IMG/VR virus record: IMGVR_UViG_3300024261_000014
Coordinates: 1-64,000 of that record
DNA length: 64,000 nucleotides
Origin: a virus
Reading direction: 5' to 3' (one strand)
Every line of letters starts with the position of its first letter. Within the stretch, counting starts at the first letter, position 1. Shown here piece by piece: positions 9,895 through 20,100 of this stretch. The translations under genes and the position numbers were made by a program. Under the pieces are notes generated by a model that made no database searches, was not told the DNA's origin, and saw nothing but the letters and a program-made list of their open reading frames with translations.

Positions 9895-10404
9895 TTACAA
9901 ACTTTCTTTTATTGGTTGGTTGAACTCTTCCAAATCCCCAACACCCTGTGATAATAACTTCTTCTTAAATCTTTCGTGCATCTGATTCAGTGCTTGTCCT
10001 TGTTTCGTAGTTAAACCACCATACTTCTTCACACCTTGTGATACACTATGTAAAAATTCTTGTGAACGAATCATATAACTTGAAGAGTAATCACACTTAA
10101 ATAGTATATCGTGTACTATTTTAATTTTAGCTCGTATCCTCTCAATCTTTTGTGTCTTTTCCAACCGAGTTTCTGTATTATCTTTATTCCGCCAAGTGAT
10201 ATAATTCTTAACAATATTCAGTATGCCATTGTGCATCTTATCTGTAATCTTCCTACCACCACCTATCGCAGTTTGCATACTCGTAACAAATTCTTTGTAT
10301 GTATCATTCATATAGTAATCTGGGTCTTGTAGTATATGAGTTAATTGTTTGTATGTTTTATCGTACTTATCCATATTATCAATTATTCGTTTTGGTACAC
10401 TCAC
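9895..10404 (-). CDS. Hypothetical protein
   Basis: 169 aa ORF in an operon. Confidence 0.7.
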   Translation of the reverse strand: MSVPKRIIDNMDKYDKTYKQLTHILQDPDYYMNDTYKEFVTSMQTAIGGGRKITDKMHNGILNIVKNYITWRNKDNTETRLEKTQKIERIRAKIKIVHDILFKCDYSSSYMIRSQEFLHSVSQGVKKYGGLTTKQGQALNQMHERFKKKLLSQGVGDLEEFNQPIKESL

Positions 10405-10766
10405 GCGATAGTACTCTCCACATCAGCCCACATCAATATAGAACATAAAAGTTTTTCATCACTATCCGTCCACTTGTAATCTTCATCCTTTATTTTATTT
10501 TCCCAATAAACTTCACCAGACGAGTGGTCATATATGCAATCAATCTCAACATCATCACCATCATAATACCACACTATTGCTAAATCTGTAATACCACTTA
10601 CAATATGTGCTTTCATCCATTCACTAAAAACACCACACTCATCCATTAAAGCGAGTAGTGTGATATTTCTTAAAGAGTTGCCAAATTTAAGACCTGTTTT
10701 TGGAGTTCGTATTTCTTCAACCCCTATCATATAACTTGAACTATAAATTGTTTCGTTACGGTCCAT
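10401..10766 (-). CDS. Hypothetical protein
   Basis: ORF coupled to its neighbours. Confidence 0.65.
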   Translation of the reverse strand: MDRNETIYSSSYMIGVEEIRTPKTGLKFGNSLRNITLLALMDECGVFSEWMKAHIVSGITDLAIVWYYDGDDVEIDCIYDHSSGEVYWENKIKDEDYKWTDSDEKLLCSILMWADVESTIA

Positions 10767-10769
10767 AAC

Positions 10770-11093
10770 CTATATCTCCAGTTGTGATAACGTGTTCCAA
10801 GTTCCCTCGAACCCTACCATATCCGATTCATCATCCATAGTACCACACATTCTATTCGTCATATCATCTTCCAACTCAACCATCAACTCTTCTTGAGCTG
10901 ATTTACTCATCCAATTCATCCGATGAAAATATTTACCAGCTTCACCAAACTCATTCTCACCAACTCTCCACATCTCAACCACTTTGATTGAATTTGATTC
11001 AGAAGAAAATACATACTCAACTATGAGTTTGTTTCCTTCAAAGTTAGTGGAAGAATCGAACTTCCCCAATGTTTTTTCAAATACATATGTCAT
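10770..11093 (-). CDS. Hypothetical acidic early protein
   Basis: ORF downstream of the promoter at 11148. Confidence 0.65.
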   Translation of the reverse strand: MTYVFEKTLGKFDSSTNFEGNKLIVEYVFSSESNSIKVVEMWRVGENEFGEAGKYFHRMNWMSKSAQEELMVELEDDMTNRMCGTMDDESDMVGFEGTWNTLSQLEI

Positions 11094-11147
11094 ACTACTG
11101 ATTTCCTTTATTTAAGTTCATTGTTTTTTCCCTTTTTGTCATATATG

Positions 11148-11177
11148 AATATAACACTAAAAGCCTATACGAGTCAA
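11148..11177 (-). promoter_or_regulatory. Early promoter copy 3
   Basis: TTGACT-N18-TATATT. Confidence 0.75.
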
Positions 11178-11374
11178 GTACTTTTTTCAACTATTTTTAA
11201 CTTTTCTACCTTTTCTTTCAATATATATAATGTATTACAAGCTCCATCTATGTAACCCCTACTGACTGTGTTTTCATTATAATCTGGTAGATAATTTACT
11301 GAATCATCTAACTCACATTCTATCTCATTAATTAGTTCTAATATTTCTTTCACGATGCTATTCCTATGTTCCAC
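11174..11374 (-). CDS. Hypothetical protein
   Basis: Small ORF in the early operon. Confidence 0.55.
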   Translation of the reverse strand: MEHRNSIVKEILELINEIECELDDSVNYLPDYNENTVSRGYIDGACNTLYILKEKVEKLKIVEKST

Positions 11375-11535
11375 GACAGCATAATTGCTTCGTGTAATGT
11401 GAGATTAGGTTTTTCATCTACAACCCAATTCTCCATCTCTGTTATTAAAAAATCTATATCTTCCCAACTCATCCACTTATACATTATAATATTGAAGTAT
11501 GGGTCATTGTTTAATGTTGTATCTGTATTCGTCAT
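11350..11535 (-). CDS. Hypothetical protein
   Basis: Small coupled ORF. Confidence 0.5.
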   Translation of the reverse strand: MTNTDTTLNNDPYFNIIMYKWMSWEDIDFLITEMENWVVDEKPNLTLHEAIMLSWNIGIAS

Positions 11536-11876
11536 CTATAGTTTGGACCAGTCCATTGGAAGTAATCTTGATTATCATCAAATATATTTCCACGAGTGTG
11601 TTTTGCTGGAGCACTCCATCCAGCTGCCATCATCACATCACCAACTTTTAGTGGTAATCCCTTATGAGAACCATCAACTTTAGATACAAACCCCCAAACT
11701 GATGAACCCCTTATAATCTTTACGAACTTCCTACCTGGTTTAATACTCATCGTATCTGTTGACATTTTCCTACCATTACACCATTTTATATAGTTCTCTT
11801 CTATACCAAGTACCAACTTATCAACTGCGGAATCGAAATCCCCTTTTGGTGGTAGTGGTTTAATACCATTTATCAT
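11532..11876 (-). CDS. Conserved phage hypothetical protein
   Basis: GRKFVKI...SVWGFV...GDV..AAGW.APAK..RGNI, a motif I recognise from T4-like phages. Confidence 0.7.
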   Translation of the reverse strand: MINGIKPLPPKGDFDSAVDKLVLGIEENYIKWCNGRKMSTDTMSIKPGRKFVKIIRGSSVWGFVSKVDGSHKGLPLKVGDVMMAAGWSAPAKHTRGNIFDDNQDYFQWTGPNYR

Positions 11877-12104
11877 TTAGAAATCCTCCAATTCATCTAT
11901 ACCATCATATAGGTCATCTTCAAAATTGAACCCTTTCACAAGAGTAGTGTTATTGAAACCCTCATTAAGAGTATCGAAGTTAGTAGTATCAACACCCATT
12001 TCATCAAGGGCGGTTTTCTTAGTACCAAACCCGATATCATTTACTGGTGTATGTTTCTTTAGTTTTTTCATTTCTTTCTTCATTGTTTTTTCCTTATTTA
12101 TCAT
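11877..12104 (-). CDS. Hypothetical protein
   Basis: ORF after promoter; probable start MKKEM. Confidence 0.55.
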   Translation of the reverse strand: MINKEKTMKKEMKKLKKHTPVNDIGFGTKKTALDEMGVDTTNFDTLNEGFNNTTLVKGFNFEDDLYDGIDELEDF

Positions 12105-12109
12105 ACCTA

Positions 12110-12139
12110 AATATAGGGCAAAAAGCCAATACGAGTCAA
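12110..12139 (-). promoter_or_regulatory. Early promoter copy 4
   Basis: TTGACT-N18-TATATT; an inverted CTTGACT follows at 12147-12153. Confidence 0.75.
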
Positions 12140-12195
12140 GTGTTTTCTTGACTTATTTTGTGATTTTTGAGTATTTTGGGTATTTTGGGTGTCTT

Positions 12196-12483
12196 TTAGG
12201 ACTTTGAGAATATTTCCCATAGAGATTTTGCGAATAACGCACTAAAACCAGCTCCAATTGTAGTTCTCCACTTCTTTGTGGATTCTCTAAATTGAGAGTT
12301 TAACTTTGTTTCTGCCCATAATCCTTCGTGTGGATTGAACATATTTTCTTTAATAAATCTTAAATTATCATCCGTACTGGTATGAGCTTTATCCATATTA
12401 AGTTTTAACTTATCCATACTTTGTGTAAGATTATCAATTTTGTTATGTATTAAATCGAATTCTTTTCTATCGGTCTGGTTCAC
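12196..12483 (-). CDS. Coiled-coil protein with hydrophobic C-terminus
   Basis: ORF with GGAG RBS and TATTTAT motif upstream. Confidence 0.6.
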   Translation of the reverse strand: MNQTDRKEFDLIHNKIDNLTQSMDKLKLNMDKAHTSTDDNLRFIKENMFNPHEGLWAETKLNSQFRESTKKWRTTIGAGFSALFAKSLWEIFSKS

Positions 12484-12657
12484 CTGGGGTTCTCCGTTAG
12501 TTGGTTTTTTAGTTATTAATAAATAGTATATATATCAAAACTTCGTATAAAAACTCTGTATTTTTATTATTTAATATATAGATTATATATTCCATTAATA
12601 AATACTATTGTAAATATAACCACCATAAGTATCTCATTCCAAGATAAACTTTTAAGC

Positions 12658-12867
12658 TTATTCATCACTCACCCACATATTACATTGATATCGTTCTGAC
12701 CACTCTGAATGACCAGCACATTTCCTTGTCTTGAATTGTTGTATCCAAAATTCTAAAGTGTTCTCTACTGGTTCCTCTATATATAACCATTTTCCGACAA
12801 CACCTTTAACACGGCAACCTTTCAATTGTTTCTTTATGTATTTGGCTAATTCTTTAGTATCAAGCAT
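12658..12867 (-). CDS. Hypothetical protein
   Basis: ORF. Confidence 0.5.
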   Translation of the reverse strand: MLDTKELAKYIKKQLKGCRVKGVVGKWLYIEEPVENTLEFWIQQFKTRKCAGHSEWSERYQCNMWVSDE

Positions 12868-12893
12868 ATCCCCAAACTTCTCATCGTAAAAAC

Positions 12894-13145
12894 CTATGAC
12901 TTTTTTAGATTATTTTTCTTTTGATTATAATATCGTTTCTTTCTTGGTTGTGGTTTACGCGGTTTATAATTCTTCTCCAACCTAAAGATTTCTTCTTTGA
13001 GTAGTTGTCTGGTTGTTCTTAACCTATCTATCTCATCGTTCTTTTCTTCAGCTCTGTGTAGTGTCCATAGTCCCATACTAAGTCCACCTAAAATTACTCC
13101 TATAATTGTTCCACATCCAAATGCTATCCATACTTGTTCAATCAT
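12894..13145 (-). CDS. Membrane-anchored hypothetical protein
   Basis: N-terminal TM segment, basic tail. Confidence 0.6.
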   Translation of the reverse strand: MIEQVWIAFGCGTIIGVILGGLSMGLWTLHRAEEKNDEIDRLRTTRQLLKEEIFRLEKNYKPRKPQPRKKRYYNQKKNNLKKS

Positions 13146-13461
13146 TTGTCTGTCCTTTATCTAATTTCTTGTTAATATCAGATAACTCTTTTTCTAAATC
13201 TCGAATTACATCTTTAATGGTATCTGGTGTTGTTCTACCCTCATACCTATCTTCGTACTTCCATATCCTCTCTTGGATTAGATTTGCTCTATCCTTGAGT
13301 ATCTTATTGTCAAGTCTTGTTTCTACTTTCTTGACCTTTTCTTGTACTTGTTGTATATCATCTACCTTAGCATACCTACCATCTACTGAGAACGCAGTTC
13401 CCATTAGTGTGATACATCCTAACACAAGTGCAACAATTGTTTTTGTTTTATCTAACTCCAT
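13138..13461 (-). CDS. Membrane-anchored coiled-coil protein
   Basis: N-terminal hydrophobic helix, coiled coil; AGGAG RBS. Confidence 0.65.
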   Translation of the reverse strand: MELDKTKTIVALVLGCITLMGTAFSVDGRYAKVDDIQQVQEKVKKVETRLDNKILKDRANLIQERIWKYEDRYEGRTTPDTIKDVIRDLEKELSDINKKLDKGQTND

Positions 13462-13479
13462 AGTATAACTCCTTTTTAC

Positions 13480-13824
13480 CTATTTCCAAGGCAACATTGT
13501 CATTCCTATTAAATTTAATAGAAATTCTATTATGATTACAAATATTAAACCACCAACTATTTGATAAGTCCACCATTTCCAACCTTTTAAACTATCAACC
13601 CATTTACGAGATTTTGAATTTAATGCTTTATCATATAAACCACTCTTATTACCTACTCTTTCGGCCCAATAGTTTGGGTCTACCCAATCTTTTAATTTTA
13701 TCAATGGATAAAATATAAAAGTTAATACTTTGTGTACTTTAGTATTTCTAATTAAAATACTTAACACTATTGCAAATAGTAATGTACCACCTGCAAGTAA
13801 ATTTATAATTAAACCTTCACTCAT
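13480..13824 (-). CDS. Membrane protein
   Basis: Two to three TM segments. Confidence 0.6.
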   Translation of the reverse strand: MSEGLIINLLAGGTLLFAIVLSILIRNTKVHKVLTFIFYPLIKLKDWVDPNYWAERVGNKSGLYDKALNSKSRKWVDSLKGWKWWTYQIVGGLIFVIIIEFLLNLIGMTMLPWK

Positions 13825-13881
13825 TAGTTAATCATCAAATGAAAACTATTACAAATGCTATGAATATTGTCATCTCTACCA

Positions 13882-14175
13882 TTACTCCTCCTCTACTACT
13901 ACTGCCATTATATCCTTTTCCATCAGTATCAATACCTTTTTACCTTGATGTTCAATTTCTTGTGCAGCAAATCTAGCAAATAAAACTTTATCACCCACCT
14001 TTATTGACATTGGAATTAACTCTCCCGTAAAACTTCTTGAACCAGGTCCAATTGCTACCACAATTCCCGTATCTGGTGCTTCTTGTGCTGTATCAGGTAG
14101 TATTATACCACCCGATGTTTGTGATTCTCTCTCTGTTTTTTCAATTACTACTCTTGCATCTATTGGTTTTAACAT
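13882..14175 (-). CDS. groES: Co-chaperonin GroES
   Basis: LKPIDARVVIE...TSGGIILPDTA...GIVVAIGPG...VGDKVLF. Confidence 0.95.
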   Translation of the reverse strand: MLKPIDARVVIEKTERESQTSGGIILPDTAQEAPDTGIVVAIGPGSRSFTGELIPMSIKVGDKVLFARFAAQEIEHQGKKVLILMEKDIMAVVVEEE

Positions 14176-14197
14176 ACTCCATCTTACCTTTCATCGT

Positions 14198-14461
14198 CTA
14201 TTTATCTGTGTCAAGATAATCTTCATCATCTTCCCACCAGTCAAACTTTCCTTTTCCTAATTGTATATCTTGTAGGTTATTTTTAAAACTTGTATCCCAA
14301 TCTTTCATTGTCATTACTTTCCAAAGTTTATTAAACGCATCTCTATTTTCCATGTGTTTTATACCTTGAAAATAAGTAGTTGCCCCACTAACACCAATAT
14401 CACTACCAAGGTCTGCTGATGTTACAATCTCATCAAATTTATTTACTAATACATATTTCAA
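14198..14461 (-). CDS. Hypothetical protein
   Basis: ORF with GGAG RBS. Confidence 0.6.
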   Translation of the reverse strand: MKYVLVNKFDEIVTSADLGSDIGVSGATTYFQGIKHMENRDAFNKLWKVMTMKDWDTSFKNNLQDIQLGKGKFDWWEDDEDYLDTDK

Positions 14462-14471
14462 TTCATTCTCC

Positions 14472-15086
14472 TTAATCTAATACAATTTTAAAACTCTTCC
14501 AACCATCATCATAATAAGAACTCAATGTTAATGTATCACCAATCATACTTCTTACTGGTGCAATCATATTATTAATCTCTCCATCACTATTACTATAACT
14601 TGCCATATTACTTGTTGGAACTTCCATACCACTATAACCTGTTACATAGACTGTGTCATATGACACATATTCTAAATCATCTGTTAAACCTCTTTTAACT
14701 ACATATCCTAATGTATCACCAAGATACCACATTAAATCTGATTCCCAATAAACTTTCTCATTCATAACTGCACCAAAATCATCTGATATTGAACCTGATA
14801 CTCTATGTATTGTTTGCCAACTACCTCTATTCATTTCCAAATGATAGTATCCATTATCATCTATTGGTAACCGCATATCATACTGAATGATAGGTGGCGA
14901 GTCTTGTATTGTATCCTCACACCCAACTAAAAATAAACTAATCCCTATTAGGATGTTTCTTATTAAAATGTTTATTCTCTTGTTGTTTCTTAACTTCGTC
15001 ATAACTCTTCTTTTTCCTTTTTGGTTTAACTTTGGGTTGTATAGTATCTTGGTACGCATCTTCTTCGTATTGTTCCCAATCATCAC
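14472..15086 (-). CDS. Putative lipoprotein
   Basis: Lipobox-like LVGC after a hydrophobic stretch; true start probably downstream (MTKLR). Confidence 0.55.
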   Translation of the reverse strand: MMIGNNTKKMRTKILYNPKLNQKGKRRVMTKLRNNKRINILIRNILIGISLFLVGCEDTIQDSPPIIQYDMRLPIDDNGYYHLEMNRGSWQTIHRVSGSISDDFGAVMNEKVYWESDLMWYLGDTLGYVVKRGLTDDLEYVSYDTVYVTGYSGMEVPTSNMASYSNSDGEINNMIAPVRSMIGDTLTLSSYYDDGWKSFKIVLD

Positions 15087-15125
15087 TACCTTTACCTTTA
15101 AATTTTGTCATTTTATTAACTCCTT

Positions 15126-15155
15126 AATATACTACATTTTAGTAATACAAGTCAA
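15126..15155 (-). promoter_or_regulatory. Early promoter copy 5
   Basis: TTGACT-N18-TATATT. Confidence 0.75.
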
Positions 15156-15403
15156 GTACTTTTTATTTTTAATTTCATCACCAAAATGAGAAATTCTGTT
15201 ATAGAATAATTACCACCTCTTTCATCGAATATAATGTAATTTGGTAATGATTCTGGACTTATATTTATCATATTATTTAACGCCATCCAACCTTGTGCTG
15301 GATAGAAACTACCCAAACTCTCTTCACCTAATTGATTACTACTAAACATTAGGTTTTCCTTTTTTTCTTTCTTATGCATAATGAAGTATGTCATAATCCC
15401 CAA
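15152..15403 (-). CDS. Hypothetical protein
   Basis: ORF. Confidence 0.55.
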   Translation of the reverse strand: MGIMTYFIMHKKEKKENLMFSSNQLGEESLGSFYPAQGWMALNNMINISPESLPNYIIFDERGGNYSITEFLILVMKLKIKST

Positions 15404-16644
15404 TCTCCTTGAATCAACTCTTGTTCAGATGTAGCAAGTGATTTAATTGTTATATTAAATATCTCTATCTGTGATATCCCCAACTCACCACTATCGTGAA
15501 GTATTTCTGGAAGGTTCTCTATAATCTTAAAATTATCTTGTGTTAACTTACTTGCATCAAACCTAACCACTACACCATCTGTTGGATTAAAGTGGTCTGA
15601 ATGTATTCTCTTCTTTAAATCGAATGATGTTTGTTCTTCTTCAATGTATCTATTAGCACCAAATCCTTTATGGCCTACGAAATCACTATAGATATTATCA
15701 CACCATGGCTCTAACATTTCTAACATCCGTGTGTTACAATTCTCAACTACGAACCCAACACTAAACTTTGGTGGTACTATTGGTTTCATGTGTTCATCAT
15801 GTTTAACGAAGTGTCCCCATTTTCGTATGAACTCTCGTGTACTTTTCTGATTCTGTTTCAACCACTCATCAGATTCTCTACCTATCATAAACACTTGTCC
15901 TGCAGGATTTCGTATTGCTCCATCCTTAAATCTACTACCCCTACAAGTCATATGATATACAAACCCTTGCCATACTTGTATAAATGTGTATCCAGCAAGA
16001 TGGAATCTATTAAATATATCTGAATCCTCTTTACTCTGTGGTGCAAATATAGGGTCGTGTCCACCTATAAAATCCCAATCCTCTTTCATAATAGCCCAAG
16101 GAGCAAAGATTCCCTCTGATGTATCTCGATTCAATGCAAGTGGGCCGTATTTAATGGAATCTGAGTTTTCACTCTGTATATCCTCTACAAACTTTAACAA
16201 CTCTTCTTTCTTGAACTCTTCAGGTTCTATACCAAAATCCATCAATATCTTTTCAGGTCCGTCTGGATGTAGTGGTGGTTCTATTCTTGTGAGTGAAACT
16301 ACCTTACCCCTTTCCAAATACTTATCAATCTCTTTATCTGAATTGGGCGTTAGAATCATATCTGCGTGAAATATCATAACCCTATCGTGTGTTGCATAAT
16401 CATTAATCAATGTATCATATAGAATAGTATGTCCCAATCTATCTGGGCCCTTGTTTATATGAAGTTTGATATTCTTATCTCTCTTCATCCAAACTAATAC
16501 TTGTTCTGCAGTTCCATCAGTACTTGCATCATCTGCAATACAAATCTCGTGGTCTGCGGATTGATGTTCCCGAATACTTTCGTACGCTTGTTTCAGGTAG
16601 CGTAGGTTATTCCTTGATGGAATAATAAAACTAATCGGCTTCAT
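15391..16644 (-). CDS. Glycosyltransferase family 2
   Basis: ISFIIPSRN, DDASTDGT, FHADM, KEDSD. Confidence 0.88.
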   Translation of the reverse strand: MKPISFIIPSRNNLRYLKQAYESIREHQSADHEICIADDASTDGTAEQVLVWMKRDKNIKLHINKGPDRLGHTILYDTLINDYATHDRVMIFHADMILTPNSDKEIDKYLERGKVVSLTRIEPPLHPDGPEKILMDFGIEPEEFKKEELLKFVEDIQSENSDSIKYGPLALNRDTSEGIFAPWAIMKEDWDFIGGHDPIFAPQSKEDSDIFNRFHLAGYTFIQVWQGFVYHMTCRGSRFKDGAIRNPAGQVFMIGRESDEWLKQNQKSTREFIRKWGHFVKHDEHMKPIVPPKFSVGFVVENCNTRMLEMLEPWCDNIYSDFVGHKGFGANRYIEEEQTSFDLKKRIHSDHFNPTDGVVVRFDASKLTQDNFKIIENLPEILHDSGELGISQIEIFNITIKSLATSEQELIQGDWGL

Positions 16645-17500
16645 TTACTTGTTCCTTTACCCACGTTAGTAGGTTTTCTTTTGGTGACCATCCGAGTAAC
16701 TCATTTGCCAATGTATCTGTACAAAGTGTTTCTCTCATTTCACCTGCTCGTTTTGGTACTTTTACACTTGGATGTCCACCAAATGCTTCTGCTAATTCAT
16801 TGATAGAATAGTTTACTCCACTACCCAACTCAAAGAAATTACCATTAACTTCTCCATCAACTAACTTCTCTGCTGATTTAACTAACCCATCTACAATATC
16901 ATAGACATGTGTAAAATCTCTTCGTTGTTCTCCATCCCAAGTTATGGTTATATCTCTACCATCTTCCCATTGTTTCATAAACACACCTACGACAGTACAA
17001 TATTCCCCATCTACTAATTGTTTAGGCCCATATACATTATAGAACCTACATACTATTGTTGGTACTTCATATATCTGATGGTATAATTTCACCAATTCTT
17101 CACCTTGCCATTTACTAAATGAATAAGGATTTGCGTGAACATCACCATGTACTGATGATGAACCTGCATAAACTACTGGTATATTTCCGTGTGTTCTTGA
17201 GTATTCTAACACTCGTTGAGTACCCAATGAGTTTGTATCAATCGTTGATGTTGGGTCATCAAATGATGGTTGTATTCTTGCCAATGCAGCTAAATGAAAT
17301 ATACAATCCACTCCATCTATCCCATCAAGTATTTCATCTTCTCTAATATCGCCGTGAATATAGTTACACTGCTCGTGTTCGTTATCTTTAGTACCTGTAT
17401 AGTAATTATCTATAGCAATTACATCGTGTCCATCTTTTAATAATCTTTTAATTAAATTAGTGCCAATGAACCCAGCACCACCCGTTACTAATATATTCAT
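16631..17500 (-). CDS. NAD-dependent epimerase/dehydratase
   Basis: MNILVTGGAGFIG, HLAA, YSFSK, RFYNVYGP, RDFTHV; start trimmed to MNIL. Confidence 0.93.
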   Translation of the reverse strand: MNILVTGGAGFIGTNLIKRLLKDGHDVIAIDNYYTGTKDNEHEQCNYIHGDIREDEILDGIDGVDCIFHLAALARIQPSFDDPTSTIDTNSLGTQRVLEYSRTHGNIPVVYAGSSSVHGDVHANPYSFSKWQGEELVKLYHQIYEVPTIVCRFYNVYGPKQLVDGEYCTVVGVFMKQWEDGRDITITWDGEQRRDFTHVYDIVDGLVKSAEKLVDGEVNGNFFELGSGVNYSINELAEAFGGHPSVKVPKRAGEMRETLCTDTLANELLGWSPKENLLTWVKEQVNEAD

Positions 17501-18408
17501 TTGTTTCTTAACTCCCAGTTTCGTTTCCATACTTCTTCAGTATAGTTTGATTCATATTTCTTTTTAATTGTATCACTACATAAATTATAAAACTTCTCAG
17601 ATTCTTTTAATTTCTTTGCAATATTCTTTGCTTTCTCTAAATCTCCTACATCGACTGTTGTTAGTGGATGTAATATTTCTTGTGTATCCAAACCCTTATA
17701 TCCAATACAAGGAATTCCATGAAAACCGCAATTTAATGCGAATGTTCCTGCTGCGTGTGTTCTCATCAAGTGAACACCTATATTATATTGTGATAAACAA
17801 TCAATCCAATCTCTCCAACTCATATAAGGTAGATAATTTATATCTTCTATAGAATCTTCTTGTTGTTGTTTTCTACCCATCGATGGAGCAGACATTGGAT
17901 TTCCAATCTCCCTCGCTATAATATAAGAATCGAATCCACCATACCAACTAACCATATTACCACCAATCATAGTGGTATCTCCCCACTCACTTCTTGGTAT
18001 TAAACCATCAGTAATCATTAGACTTCTCATCACCCTCACATCTTCACAACCCAATCCCCTATAGTAATCTACATCACTATTGTTGTGACAATATATCCAA
18101 TCTGCATCCATCAATGTGTTAAAATATTTAAATTGTTGTTCAATTGAATAATCTTGAAAAAACCAATGTGGGCCTTCTTGCATTACCGCAACTTTATCAC
18201 AACACTTTCTTATAAAATCCAAACTAACATTAGGATTATTCTTTGGTATAATAACTATACCCAAATCAAATTTTTCGTCTGGTAGTACATTTAAATTACA
18301 CATTGGTGCATCTAATGCTATTGCCCATGCACACTCCGTACGCGCATTTGGGAAATCTCGTGGGTATCTTTGATTATTTCCTGTCTCTGAAAAGAATGCT
18401 ATCTTCAT
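17497..18408 (-). CDS. GT-B-like hypothetical protein
   Basis: Lies in the glycan operon; C-terminal AAGTFALNCGFHGIPCIG is GT-B-like. Confidence 0.5.
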   Translation of the reverse strand: MKIAFFSETGNNQRYPRDFPNARTECAWAIALDAPMCNLNVLPDEKFDLGIVIIPKNNPNVSLDFIRKCCDKVAVMQEGPHWFFQDYSIEQQFKYFNTLMDADWIYCHNNSDVDYYRGLGCEDVRVMRSLMITDGLIPRSEWGDTTMIGGNMVSWYGGFDSYIIAREIGNPMSAPSMGRKQQQEDSIEDINYLPYMSWRDWIDCLSQYNIGVHLMRTHAAGTFALNCGFHGIPCIGYKGLDTQEILHPLTTVDVGDLEKAKNIAKKLKESEKFYNLCSDTIKKKYESNYTEEVWKRNWELRNK

Positions 18409-19085
18409 TTTATCTCTGAAATTGTAACAAATTGTAATTCATATTGTGATAATAAGTATTCAATAACTTTTTCAAAATGTAAAAAATTTTCTTCTGACCA
18501 TACATTATCATTATGAGTCCCATTGATATGTGATTGAAACATAAATGTATTTCCATATAAACTTATGTTCTCTGATTCATGTATCCCATCACACCCCTCA
18601 AAGAATTTACAATCCCAAGTTATTCCTTTATTGATTTCACTATGTCCTGCAACCCACTCAAAATAGTTACTGATTGCATCTGCAGATGCTTGATTCACTC
18701 CCCAACCTGGTGCTCTAAATCCTTTTGGTTTATATCCACATGATTCCCATAACTTAATTGAATCTTGGATTCTTTGTACTGCAGGTCCATATTCCAATTC
18801 AAAAAATTCCATTTCACCAATTCCATCGGTATGACATGCGTGATAATGGCCGTGATTACTCATTTCAATCCAATCATATTGTTTCCAAAAATCTACGAAC
18901 TGGGTACTAATAGGGAAATGGCCGTGATAGTTACTCGGTATGAATAGATTAAACTTAACACCATATTTCTTATTAAGTTCTTTAAGATATTCTACTTGAA
19001 CATCTCCCTCTATCCCCCAACCCTTTTCTGGATGTACATCATCTATTGCTACTACTACGTTATTTTTCATAATCTTTGAATACAT
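18405..19085 (-). CDS. Polysaccharide deacetylase-like (NodB fold)
   Basis: IDDVHP, HGHYH, GFRAPGW. Confidence 0.75.
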   Translation of the reverse strand: MYSKIMKNNVVVAIDDVHPEKGWGIEGDVQVEYLKELNKKYGVKFNLFIPSNYHGHFPISTQFVDFWKQYDWIEMSNHGHYHACHTDGIGEMEFFELEYGPAVQRIQDSIKLWESCGYKPKGFRAPGWGVNQASADAISNYFEWVAGHSEINKGITWDCKFFEGCDGIHESENISLYGNTFMFQSHINGTHNDNVWSEENFLHFEKVIEYLLSQYELQFVTISEIK

Positions 19086-20100
19086 CTTCCCAAGTATATG
19101 TGTATGTTTGTTTGTTTAAATTGAATGCGTTTTGTTGTGACATCTTATCTGCATTTTGAAACCAAAATTGTTTCTTTCTCATAATAGTCATATCATCTGT
19201 TTCAAAATCTTGTCCTTTGATATACATCCTCTTGTTAGGTAACTTCCTATTGTGTACTAATAAAACATTCTTTATAATATATTGTGTTAACCCACCTTGA
19301 AAGTGTATCAAACAATTGTTCATAAATGCTGTATCCTCGTGTACAAAGAATACACTTTTTGGTATGTTAACTCCACTCTTAATTACATCTGATGATATAA
19401 CTAACCCACACCCATTAAACTTTAACTTATTGGTTACTTTTATATCTAATTCATCAACCTTATCGTTAATCAAATCCATCTCTTGTTGTTTCATATTGTA
19501 TCGCAAACTCCACCAATTTGTTAAATCACCCTCTATAAATGGTTTATCTGTGAAATCTGGATGTTCTAATATTGTCCAAGTATCATCCCACATTTTACAA
19601 GTACTGAAAAACCCAACATACTTTGGTGTGGTTTCCTTTGCTGCTGTATGTAGGTTATCTAATATCTCAAAGGTTTGATTTGGTATCAATGAATCACTTT
19701 CACCCCACATAAGTACATCAACCTCTTCACAATACTTTTCATTGAACTCTCTACGATAATCTGCGATAGTATAAATCTCTTCTATTGTACCACCACCATT
19801 GTTATCATGTTCTACTAAGTTTATAGTGTAGTTTTGTGCATCAGCATAGTGATGGTCATAACCAAATACACTCTTTAGTATTTCTCTGAAGTTATCTCGT
19901 AGTTCACCAATAGTTATTTTCTTTTCATCAACTTGTTCTAATCCTTGATTCAAATTAAAACAAATATCAATAATCACATTCTCTTTGTTTTCAATCTTAG
20001 TTAATGCTTTTTGTACACTAAGTAGATAATCTTTTATTATATCAATTTCATAGAATTGTACTAAACAACCTATCGCAATCTTGTTGGTTAACTTATGCAT
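19060..20100 (-). CDS. GT-A-like glycosyltransferase
   Basis: WGESDS DxD-like motif, HEDTAF. Confidence 0.5.
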   Translation of the reverse strand: MHKLTNKIAIGCLVQFYEIDIIKDYLLSVQKALTKIENKENVIIDICFNLNQGLEQVDEKKITIGELRDNFREILKSVFGYDHHYADAQNYTINLVEHDNNGGGTIEEIYTIADYRREFNEKYCEEVDVLMWGESDSLIPNQTFEILDNLHTAAKETTPKYVGFFSTCKMWDDTWTILEHPDFTDKPFIEGDLTNWWSLRYNMKQQEMDLINDKVDELDIKVTNKLKFNGCGLVISSDVIKSGVNIPKSVFFVHEDTAFMNNCLIHFQGGLTQYIIKNVLLVHNRKLPNKRMYIKGQDFETDDMTIMRKKQFWFQNADKMSQQNAFNLNKQTYTYTWEDVFKDYEK